This document shows positions 42,401 to 54,400 of a stretch of 64,000 nt of DNA, piece by piece. The notes under the pieces are model-generated. The model was not told the DNA's origin. It did no database searches and saw nothing but the letters and a program-made list of their open reading frames with translations. Position 1 is the stretch's first letter; every line of letters begins with the position of its first letter. The DNA comes from Desulfobacterales bacterium (GTDB lineage Bacteria; Desulfobacterota; Desulfobacteria; Desulfobacterales; UBA2174): the NCBI GenBank assembly GCA_963668645.2, contig CAXXWC010000021.1, positions 1,280,001 through 1,344,000 of the forward strand, read 5' to 3'. The translations under genes were made by a program, and so were the position numbers.

Positions 42401-45400
42401 GCCAGAATCGTCAAGTTGCCGCCGAAACCGGTGAAATCGGATATTGTGACATCACCGTCGACCACCAGCCGAACATCACCGCCGGCCATGACCAGTGAAC
42501 TGATCACGAGGTCACCGGTTTGTTCGATAGTCAGATTGCCGTCGCTGGTCATGGTCACGTTCAGGTCGATGACTTCGGTGACAACGGTCAGATCGTTGAG
42601 CGATATCAGGGTCAGCTGGTTCGCCGTGACCTTGCCGCCCAGTGCGATGCTGCCCTCGGGCGCTGTGACCATGACCGTACCGGAACCGACGTTCATCTCG
42701 GAGACCACGACAACATCGCCATGATCGCTGCCCAGCACGATATTGTCGCCCGAAAAGACAGGCAACGCCACCACCGACAAGTTTCTTTCGGCGATCACCC
42801 CGAAGGGACCCGCGGTGCGGTAAGGCAAAATCACCAGATAGTCGCCCGTCGGGTGCAGGGCCTCATCGCCTGAACTCAGGGCGGTATTTTCTGCAAGGGC
42901 CAAGAGGCTGAAGGGAGTGTTACTGGCGTCGGCCGTCAGGGTCAGCGTTGTGCCGCTGACGGATGCGGTAACAACATCGCCAGCGTCGATCAGGGTCTTC
43001 AATCGGTTGAGCAGCGAGTCCCAGCTACCAGTTACGCCGTCCTGGCCGACCTGGGCGGAATAGGTCGTATCGTTGATCCGCACCCGATAAAGAATCCCTT
43101 CTTCCGGGTCATCACCGTCGAAAACGACTCTGCTGATCTGCGGTTGGCTGCCGCCGGCAGGGACCACCGGGGTGCCGGCATCTTCATTGACGGCGCCGGA
43201 GACCGCAGGATGCTGCTCATCGAGAACCCGGACGCTTTCCACGGAGAAGGGGGCGTTGTAATCATCGGCCGTCAGGGTGAGCTTAAGGGCACCGGTATCC
43301 ACAGTGACAGTGATATCCTCGCCGGCCTCGATCAGATATGCGAGAGCCGAGAGCACCTTCTCCGCGTCTCTGGTGACGCTCTGCCCGTTGACGACATCCC
43401 CGGTGGACACGGTGTATTCGGTGCCGCCGATGACGACGGTGAAATTCGCTCCGACGGTTGTCGGTTCCGCATTGATAAACGCCGCCGCCTTGAAGATGAT
43501 CGTGCTGACCTGCTTGCGCAGGAAACCGGCCGCCTGCGACTCCACCAGTTCCTGAACCGCACCGCCGCGGGACACGTAGGCTGCATTCACCTTGAAGGGG
43601 GTGTTGTTGGCCCCCTGGAGCGTCAGGGTGCCAGCCGTGGTGTCGGCCGTCACGGTTAACCCGGAACCGGTCTGGATCGCGCTACGCAACTCGCTGAGGA
43701 CGGTGGAAAAGGCGCGCAGTTGCACTTCGCGGATGGCCACGTCGCTGACATACAGTTCGGCCTTGTTGTTCTTCGTAGCGATGGTGAGGGTCCGCGCCGT
43801 GGCGTTAAAGGTAACATCGAGATCACTGTTGAAATCCCCGACGATCAAATCCCTCAGTTTGGTCAACACCGACGTCCAGTTATTGGAAACCGGCACCCCG
43901 TACTGGCCGCCGCTGCCGGTCTGCACCTTGTAAAGCACTCCGTTGACCGACAGTTGGATGATCTGGCCGGAGTTCAGCGTGGTTGGGAACGTGACCGTGC
44001 CGCTGACCGACAATTCGGTGTCGCTGTCCGTGCCGCTCAGGACCAGCGACGGCTGCGAGGTGCTGTCGATCAGATTCGAACCGGCCACCGAATAGGCCAC
44101 GCCGTTGACCACCACCGTGAAAATGGCGTCGCGGTTGGCCGTGCTGGCAAAATCGATCACGCTGCGCTGGGGCTGGCCCGAGGTTGCCGGCTGTTCCGGA
44201 ACGAACCCGTTGCCTGTAAAAGCGGTTATATCGGAGACCACCGCGTCGATGGTAAAGGCCGTATTGTCCACCTCGGCCGCCAGGGTGAGGGTGCGATTGG
44301 CAGGGTCGGCGGTGACGGTGATGGCCTCGCCGTTCTCGATCTCCGTCACCAGTTGGCCCAGCAGACTGGCCCATGTCGCCGAAACTGTCACCACTTGGTC
44401 GGTGGCCTCGGGGGCCGCAGAATTGGCGTCTATCGCGGTCTCCAACCCGGCCAGCACTTGCGCCAGGGTGTTGCTCGGCTGGCAGGTGTAGTCGAAGCTA
44501 TTGCTGCCGAGCCACAGCCGATAGGTAATGTCGGACAGATTGATGGTTGCGGGGGCCAAGACGTCACTGAAATAGACCACCCACTGGTTGGTGACCCCGG
44601 TGGGGGAGGCCCAGATCAAGCCGAAGTCGGTCACCGGCTGAATCGACGTGGCCGTGACGCTGATCGATGGGGTGTCATAGCCACCGGTAGAAGCAACCGT
44701 AACGACGCTGATCCTCGTGTCGTTCAACACCTGCGCAGAGTAAAGGCCGCCGCTGTTTATTGCGGCAACCAATCCACTGACGATCTGAGCGCGGGTCTCG
44801 TTGTTTCGCGGCCCATAGGAGTACGCATTGCCGCCTATGGTGACTGTGTAAATACCCTTTTCCAACAACTCAAGGCTGTCAAGGACGATGCGATGTTCGG
44901 TGTAGTATTCAACTGTGTCGAGACCTGTAACCGTACCTCCCGTGGCCGTAAAGCTGATGGCAACCTGGCCGGCACCATCGGTAATCGAAATCAGACTACC
45001 GGAAGAGGTCGCAGTGTAGGAAGTGTCGCCGTTGACCAGTCCGGCCAGCGACGCCGCAATCTCCTCGATCGTCGGGTCTGCATCCAACACCGCTACGAAC
45101 GAGTTGCTGCCGAGGGTCAGCGTATAGGTGGCGGCCGCATCGACCGAAACTCCGCTGATATCCACTTTCCGCAGGTAGTTCGGGCTGTATGATCTAGAGT
45201 TGGTGACCGCCGCATCCTGCCGTGCAAAGACCTCGAGGCGCACCGCGGCCGTGGCCGCCAGGCCGCCGACGATCAGGTTGTAGTTGGTGCCGGAGCGCAC
45301 CGCGTAGGCATGCCCGTTGACGATCACGGTATAGATGTAGCCGGTCAGCAATGTATTGCCGAAGGTGATCGTGTCGATCTGTGGCTGAGTGACGCCTGCC

Positions 45401-48400
45401 GTCGGATCCGGATTATCGTAACCATCCTGGACGCCATCCACTTCCTCCGTCAGTATCTGGATGACTCCGGCGGTGAGGGTAAACGGCACATTGTCTACTT
45501 CAGCTTGCAGGTGCAACTTCGAAAAGGCTTCGACCACGGTGACGGTGATGTCCTGCCCGTTCTCGATCAGGTATTTCAACGCACCCAGCACCGAGGCCCA
45601 GGTGCCGGTCACTGCCGATCCGTTGACCGTATCCCCGATGCGCACCGCGTAAGCAGTGCCGTTCACCGTTACGGTGTAGGTGTAATCGTCTCGCAGCTCG
45701 CTGAGGAATACGACTTCGCTCTCCTGCTTGCGATCCTCCCCCGCCTCCTGATCGAGCACCGTCGTCGTCGTGGTAATCGCGCCACCGTCTGTCTGCAGGG
45801 TTTCGAGCGAGACCTGGGTCTCCAAACGTATCAACCCCGGGGTATCGCCGGATTCCGTATAGGTGGTGCGAATCTCCAGCCCTTTGTCAACACCGGCATC
45901 GGTCGCAGAACGAAGCACGACCGGATCGAAATCAATCGGGCCGCGCAAGGTGACCGTGTAGCCCCAGATGTCGGTATTGGTGTTGTTGTATTGATTTTCC
46001 AGAATCGGGTATCCGTCGGTATTCAGGACCAGTTTACCGTCCGCATCCCGCTGGGGTGTTTTCAGTTCCTCGGTCGAAATCGGCGAGTCGGTGATGACGC
46101 TGGCGTATTGTTTCTCTGCGCCAGCGGCTACTCCGGCTTCCGCGTAGCCTATGTAAAGTCTGCCCGAAGCGATCAGAACGACGTCGTTGCCCTCTTTGTC
46201 GACAATAGTACGGGCATCGAACACGGCCAGTTCCCGGCCGGTAGAGATTTCCAGCCGGCCGTCTTGAGCCCTGGCCGAAATCACCTGCAGATCATCGGCT
46301 TCATTGATAACGATGTTGCCGGTCACGGTGGAGGCCACCCGCAGTATATCGGCCAGGGTATTGGCCAAGACGCTTTGGGTGCTTTGAATGTTCAGCACGT
46401 GGGCGATAAAGACCGACGCTCCGTCCAAGGAGATGGAACTGGCCGAAACATCGAGGGTTTGCTGTGCCGACACGATGCCGCCGGTCAGGATCAGGGCGCC
46501 GTTGGCGACATCCAGTTCGATGTTTTCAGCCGGATTGAAGCCGACCAGCCCGCCGACGAATCCCTGGAAGGAGAGGTTGGACACCGGCGGATCGAGCGCC
46601 TCGGGATCAACCGGCCCCACTCTCAGGAAGATATCCTTATCGGCCCTGATATCCAGGCGTTCCACGGGCAGTTGGGTCAGATTGATATTGACAAAGCCCG
46701 AATCCCGGCTTTCTGTCTGAAGAATTCCGTCTTCGTTGGTATCCACCCACGAGACAACCGGAAGCTCGCCCCGGGCTTCGACAATCAAACGGCCGACGGT
46801 GGTGCTGCCGACCTTGGCTTGGATGGTACCGATCAGAAAAACGTCGCGCGCCGATCGCAGCTCGATGAGATCCTTGGCGCTGATCGTGCCGTTGATCGAC
46901 AGCAGTGCCCCACTGTCGATGATGATGGTGTCGGCGGACAGATCACCCGGCACCGTCCGGGTCGGTTCTGCCTCGGCTTCAATATCGAACGTGCCGGCGC
47001 CAGCGCTGATGGTAATCACTGTACCGGCGGCCGAAGCGCTGAAGGCGGTATCAGCGTCGATAAGAGCGGCCAGCTCAGCGGCAATGTCCGCCCTGTTATC
47101 ACCAGCAGCAGCAGTATAACTGAAATCCAAGGTACCGATGGTCAGCCTGTACTGCACTCCGACGACGACGGTCGCGTCAGTCAGGTCGATGGTCCGGTCA
47201 TAATTGGCATCGCCGACATCCTTGGTGTTGATAAGGACTGCGTCAAAGGCTTTCGCCCCGAACAGGAAGTAATCTCCGGCGCGGTATTCCATCAACTCCG
47301 TGGCCGTAAAGAAGCGATAGAGATCGACCACCCCACCGGCCACGAAGGCCACACCGCGGTCGTAATCCAAGGGCTCGTCGCTCGGATCCGGATTGTCCAG
47401 CTGGATATTGCCGTTCACGCTGGTCAAGCGGATGGTATTGGCCCGCAGCTCGGCGTGGATATCGGCACCCGTTTCACCGACCAGCAGGTTCCCCTCGGCC
47501 TGGATGGAGACAGTGCTGCCGGCAGCGCCTGGTGCCGCCTTGGCTGTGGTGGCTTCAATCACCAGCAGGCCCGCTGTGCGTTCGAAAGCACCGTCGCGGT
47601 CGCTGACCGTGATATCTCCAGCGGTGGTTGTGGCCGTCAGACGATTGACAGCCACTTGCAGGTCGAAGATGCCCAATCCGGCCGTCAGTTTCAGATGGTC
47701 GGCCACCATGTTGATGTTTTCGCTGCCCACGGTGCGCTGGATCAGGCCGCCGGCGGTCAGGTCGATCACACCGGCCGAGCTGACCTGGCCGAAGGCCGTG
47801 ATGTCGAGCGTGCCTGCGCCTTCGCCGATGGTAATCACATTGCCGTCGGCGCTGGCTGTGAAGGCCGTGTAGTTGTCTATTTTAACGGCCAATGCATTGG
47901 CGATGGCGGCCAGGTCGTCACCGGCGGCAGCGGTGTAACGGATCACATCAGGCCCGATGCTCAGCCTGTACTGGCCGCCAACCACCACCGCCACGCCCGT
48001 CAGATCGATGGTCCGGTCGTCGCCGGCATCACTGCCTTTGGCACTGATCTGGACATTTTCAGTGCCGTCAATCAGCACCAGGTAGACACCGGCCACCGCA
48101 CTGCCGGCGGTGATACTGCCGGCCGCCGTGACGACGATATCGTTGCCGGCCTTGTTCGAACCGATCCGCACGTCGACCAGGGTCACGTCTCCGGCGGCAT
48201 CGATGATCAAACTGCCGTCGGAAATGAAGCTCTCGTCCACGTGCAGGTTGCGGTCACCTTGGATGATCTCCACATCGCCCTGCTGCTGGATGTCGAGGAC
48301 CAGCCGGTTCACCTGGGTATGCAGCGCCAGACCGCCCACCGCTGAAATATTCAACTCGTCGGCCGTAATCAGCCAGTCGTCTTCGCTGACCAGGCCGCCT

Positions 48401-51400
48401 GCAAGCCGACTGATCCCGCCGTCCACGTTGAAAATCACATCGCCGCGGCCGCCGGTGGTCAACATGCCGGCCAGCAGTTCCACCGCTCCGTTGGTGCGCA
48501 GCACGTCGAGTTGGATGACGTTGCGCGAGCTTTCCCCCTTGGTTTCCAGTTCCCTCGCAATCAAGGATCCGATATTGGTTACCAGGATGCGGCCGTCAAA
48601 AGCCACCACCCTTTCCAGTTCAAGCTCGCCCTTGTTGTTGACGATGATGTTGCCGGCGCCGAGAGACTCCAGCTCCGTTGCCGCCATCCTGGTGTTGAGG
48701 GTGATGTCGCTGCCGGCCAGGGCGTCAATCCGATCGGTCACGATCACACCGTCTTCATGGAGAACCCGGCCGTCTTTGGCCAGGAAGCTGACGGAAACCT
48801 CCGCCTTCAGAGTGGCACGGGTGCCGGCCGTGATGGAGGCCAGGGTGATGCTGCCGCCATACTGGCCGGCGGTGAAACTGATGGTTCCGGTATCGCCGGT
48901 GACCAGCAGATCCAGATCCGCCGCCTCGTCGTTGCCCTCGGCGGTGACCAGGGTGGTGATTCCACCGAAGCTGCTCGTCCCCTGTCCGGAAGCGATCTCG
49001 ATGGATTGGACCGCTGTCCAGGCGCCGCCGATACGGGCGTTTCCTCCAGCAGACAGCGTAATCGTCTCGGTAACGATCTCATCGTCCTGCTCCTCGGAGG
49101 CGCCCGAGCCGATATTGCCGTTGACGATGGCCACCGCGCCCGCATCGAAGCTGATGTTGGTGCCGGTGATCTCGGCGGCATCAATGATCTGGATATTGCT
49201 GCCGGCATTCAGGCTCAAGTCGCCGCCGGCAGCCAGCAGTGACATCAGGGATTTTTCAACGTTGTCCTCGGTATAGGTTATCGCGCGGACCTGCAATCCG
49301 GCTCCGGTGAAGATGGACAGATTCCCCGATGCCTTGACAAGGCCGCTAAGAGAGGTGGCGCCGCCTGACTCGATGGTGATTTCGGTGGCAAAGAGTGATT
49401 CACCGCCGTAATCCGAACCGAGCAGCGGAATGACGCGTTCGCTCAACGCAGTGTGCTGCACATACTGGGTTTCGGTGACCGGCACCGTTTCCCAGACCGT
49501 CACATCCTCGAAGGTGATCACCATGACTTCGCGTTCGGAGGTTTCGTAGACCGGACGGAAATCGTAAATATCCTGGGCCTGGGTGGTCACTTCATAAGAA
49601 AGTTCGATGCGATCGTCGTAAATGTCGTGCCAGGTGGAGACCCAGTCGTAGGCGTAGTTGTAAAAGGTCTCGTTTTTGTATCCCCACACCTTGTAGCTTG
49701 AGATCGCATCTCCCCAGCCGCCTGAGTCGAATTTTCCGTACCATCTTGTACCCGCCACCCAACCGGCCGTCCAACCGCCGTAGTTGATATGCTCGTAGGC
49801 CTCGAGCTTGTAGGTATATCCCGTATAAATCCGAACGGCGGACCATGTGTCGTTTACCGACTTGCCGACCCAGCTATCGAATCCGGTCGCATGCGTTACG
49901 GTCCCCGAATAGTCGCTGTGCTGGTAAAAATTAACGCTGCCGTCGTCCGGGCCCCAGCCGACTCTGCGTGATCCGGCCGACCAACGGTCAAATTGGGTCA
50001 GCGATTGTGTGCCGGATACCAATTCGGCATAGAAGGTGTTGGGGATATACACATAACTCGAAGATCCTCTGCTCGAAGACCGAACGTTGCTGCTGACAGG
50101 ATCGGTCTTCTGAGTCATGGAATAGGCCCACTGCCATTCGGGATCATAGCGGATATCGAAGATGCTGCGCGAAGCCAGATCGTAGGTGCGATACCCGGAG
50201 CCTGAGTTGTAGCTGACCGACCAGCGGCCGTCGCTGTCATCATAATCATCGTAATTGACACCGTCGTTATAGTTCCAGACGGACTTGTCCTGGGTGTATT
50301 TCACATCGGCGTAATCCTGATAACGACCGACCCATTCGCCTCGCACGGCATCGGTCGGGGCGGAATCGATGGTATACCAGGCGCCGGTGTTCTCGCCGTC
50401 CATGGTCGAATCGTTATACAGGAATCGTGATTCTCCCTGGCTCACCACCCTCAGGATATCCTCCTGGGCGCCGCTGGGCATCAAAACGTACTTGTCGCGC
50501 CATCCGGCGACGTCTACGTGGAACACCAGTTCTTCGTTGCCGGCCCATTCCGGGGTAACCAGTTCGCGGGAGACTTGCCCGTTCAAGGTGCGCTCCAGCA
50601 CGACCTTGTTGTCCCCGGACTCAACAACGGCATTGTTTTCGTCCCGGATCGTGCCGCTGTATTTCATCTGGTACAACGGCATGTATCCGGTATAATTCAG
50701 AACCGCCTGGCGCTGGGCCGCGTTGAGCTGGGTGAAAGTCTTGTAGTTCGCATTTTTGTACTGCCCGAGGATGTAACTGTAATTGACAGCGGTTGCCGCC
50801 TGATCCGGGTTGCTTTCGGTGCCGGCATCGGCCCAGTTCACCAGGAAGTTGTGGTAGTCCACCCCTTCAATCAGGTATTCGCGGAATTTGGCACCGTCCG
50901 ACGCATTGGGGTTGTAATAGCCGATCTGTTCGAGAACCACATCGAAGCGGTAGTATTCTTCACCGACCTTGACCCGCTCGGTGCCGACCTGCTCGGTGAC
51001 CGTGGTGGTCACGTAACTGACTTGCGGCACCTTGATGGTACCCACGGCCACCTCCTGGTAGCCCACCACGACCTCGATTTCTTCTTCGATAGTCTCGATC
51101 ACCGGTACGATGACCTGGCGGTCGCCGGTTACATCGGCGTCGGCATCCAGCACCACGTCGCCGCCCGACTTGACCCGCAATTCGCCGTCGGCCATGACCA
51201 CACCCTGATTGACTACCCGGATCAGTCCAATACTGGCCAGATCGTCAACGGAGATTTCTCCCTCCAGCTCTGCGCGGCTCAGACTCAGATCGACACCGGC
51301 GTTGAGTTCCACATCGCCGGCTGACTGCACCAGCCCGGCCACCCTCAGTTCGCTGCCGGCGTTGACCAGAATGCGGCTGTCCGCCTGTTCGGTTTTCAGT

Positions 51401-54400
51401 ATCCCGTCCACCCAGATCACCGGGGACGCCAGGTGCACCAGGATATCGCCCTTGATAATAGCGTCCTCATCGGTGATTTCACCGCAGATATCCATCCGCT
51501 CCCAGGAACGCAGGAAGGCGCTCGAATTTGGCTCCAGGGCGAAAACATGGCTACCCAGGGTCATGGTGATGCTGCTGGCGATGACCGAGACATCGTCGCG
51601 GGCGTCGACCAGCCCGGTGATGGTCACCTCTCCGGCGCTCGACGCGATGTCGATGCTGCCAGTGTGGGCGACCTCGCTATTGTCCGTGTCGACCTGCCCC
51701 ACCACTCCGGCAATGAGGATGTCGCCGGTGCTGCGCAGGTACAAAAGCCCGCCCGGATCGGTATCGAGGGTGCCGCCATAGAGACGGTCCCCGTTACCGT
51801 CGAGGGTTACTTCGGTGACAATCAGGCTCGGGCCGCCCGAGTAGCTGCCGGCGACGACGCTCACACCGGCAGCGGCGCGCACCAAACCGTCGACAGTCAC
51901 GCGGGTGAGGGATTCGATTGCCGCTAAGGCGCCGGCGTCAACCCCGTTGACGATCCCATGAATGCTGATCTCGCCGTCGCTGCCGATCAGAATAACGCCG
52001 GGTTCGGCGGCCGCAAAGGCGCCATTACCCGTGGCGTCCACCCGCACCGCGCTGACCGGGCCGATCGTGACCCCGATGCCGGAGGTGTTCTGGCCGCTTC
52101 GCAGGCGCACCTCGCCGCTGCCTTGCAGCACGGCTCCGGCAGCCACCAGATTCAGCGACTCGTCCAGAGCCTGACCACCGATCTCGATCAAGCCGTCGGC
52201 CTGGAGGTCCAGATTCGCCCCGGTAGCGGTCCATTGAACATCTCCACTGTCCGCATCATAGCTGGCCCCGGCATGCAGCGTGCCGGCCAGCCGCAGATCT
52301 ACCGCCCGCAGCACGATACTGCTTCCGGCGCCGCTGGTGTAGACCAGTGCGTCGGCGCCGAGGCGGATGTTCCCATCGGCGGTCATCTTCACCAGACCGT
52401 CGGCCTGAAGCACCACGGGGCGCACCGACGCTTGGCCCGCCACCGGGTCGACCGTTCCGATAAGCAGATCCTGACCGGCTTCGATGACCAAGCCCTGTGA
52501 GGCACCGCTGATCTGAAGCCGGGTATTGAAGATTTCGAACTGTCCGCCGGCGCTCAGCAGCACCGATCCGGCGATTTCGTAGTTGCCGGAGAACATCAGG
52601 TCGCGTTCGGCGACGACCAACACCTCGTAGTCGAGCTGTGAGGCCGTCAGCCGGCCACTGATAATCCATCCGCGCAACACCACATCCTGACCGTAGAGGT
52701 TGACCTGCCCGGCGGTGTCGATCTTGGCCGAGCTGTCGATCAACAAGGTTCCCTGCTGGGATACGATTTCGACCAGGGTGATGCCCGGATTGCGCTGATC
52801 CTCGCGGTCGATGCCGATCTGGTTGTTGATAACGACATCGTTTTGTCCGCTGAGGATGATCCGGCCGCTGGTCCCTTCGGATATCATGCGACCGGTGCCG
52901 GCAGCGAGGATACTGACTTGTCCGGCAATAGTCTGCTCGCCGGCCAGAACGATGATGTCGCGATTGGCGATCAAATCCCCGCGCAGTTCCAAGGTGTCGC
53001 CGGTGATAATGATAATATCGGCGTTGTCGCCGCGGGCGATCAGGGTCCCTTCGAGGACCGCAATACCGGTCGGGGTCAACACGATGCTGCCGCTGCGGGT
53101 TTCGAACACGCCGCTGGCAGTGAGGTTCATGTTCGGGGTGCCGTCGGCCTTGAGCCCGCCGTAAAGGTTGATGGCATCGTAGCCCACCACCCATCCGGAA
53201 ATGGTCACGTCGCCATTGACCGCACCCTCTTTGCCGAAGTTGACCACCGATCCGGGCTCGCCGGCATAGATGGCGTAGGGACGGCTCGAAACCGCATCAC
53301 CCTCGTCCAACTGGCTGAAGCCGAGACGATCGGCCCCCACCGAGCCTGCCGCCAGCAGCTTTATCTCGTAGGCCCCGGTAAGCATCAGGCGACCATTGTT
53401 GAGCCGGATCTGAATTTCTTCCCCGGTCAGATGCTGGGTGGATCCCATCGCCGGGGTGCCGGTCGGAGATTCGACCACGCTGAATGCGGTGGCTTCGATG
53501 GCCGCCTGCAGGCTCTCCATCAGATCATCCAGGCCATTGTTGGCGGCGGTGGCAGTCCTGGCCAGCACCACATCTCCGCGCACCACGTGGGTGCCCAGAT
53601 CGATCTCGATGCGCAGGGTGATGTCGGCGCTCAGATCCCCGGCGGCGAACTCGGCGAAACCATCTGCCAGGAGCTGCTGTGTCCAGGCTGGCGCAAGAAC
53701 CGACAGGTTTCCGGAGGAACTCAGGTTGATGACACTGTCCTCAAGGCCGGTGCGCAGACTCACGGTGCCGCCGATCACAATACCCTGGTCGGCATAGGGC
53801 TGATTCTCGTCGAGGGAACCCTTGCCACCGCGCAGATCGATCAATGCGCCGGCATACAGCTCACGGCCCAGTCGGATCTGGCGCTCTGCCTGCACGATAA
53901 TTTCGGACGCGCCGCTGCCGTAGGCGATGGTGCTGCCGAGGTAATTGCCGCGGCTGTCGTAGTGGTCGACAATTTCGCCGCCGGCTACCAGGAGGCCGTA
54001 GATCTCGGCATCCTGGGCCGCCGTAATCACGATGCGGCTGTCGTCGCCACTGGTGGCCAAACGGGCGCCACCGGGCAGATTGATCCCGATCCCGTCACTG
54101 TTGGCCCCTCCGTTTAGTTCGATCTGCTGATTGGCCCGCAGGGTGCCGCCGATCTCCACCTCGCCGCCCGATTCGGTGGGCGCCATCCCGCCGATATAGA
54201 CCTGACCGAGGGCGTTGACCTCGATAATCCCCGGATCGGCGAGCCACTCGATGGTCTCGGACACCAAGTTCCCGTCCTCGAAAACCTGAATCACTTCACC
54301 GCCTGCGGTCAGCACGCCAATGATCTGGACGTTACCCACGGCGTCGATGAGGATGGTCCCCCCGCTGCCGTCCGAGGTGATCCCCGGCACGGTGATGCCG

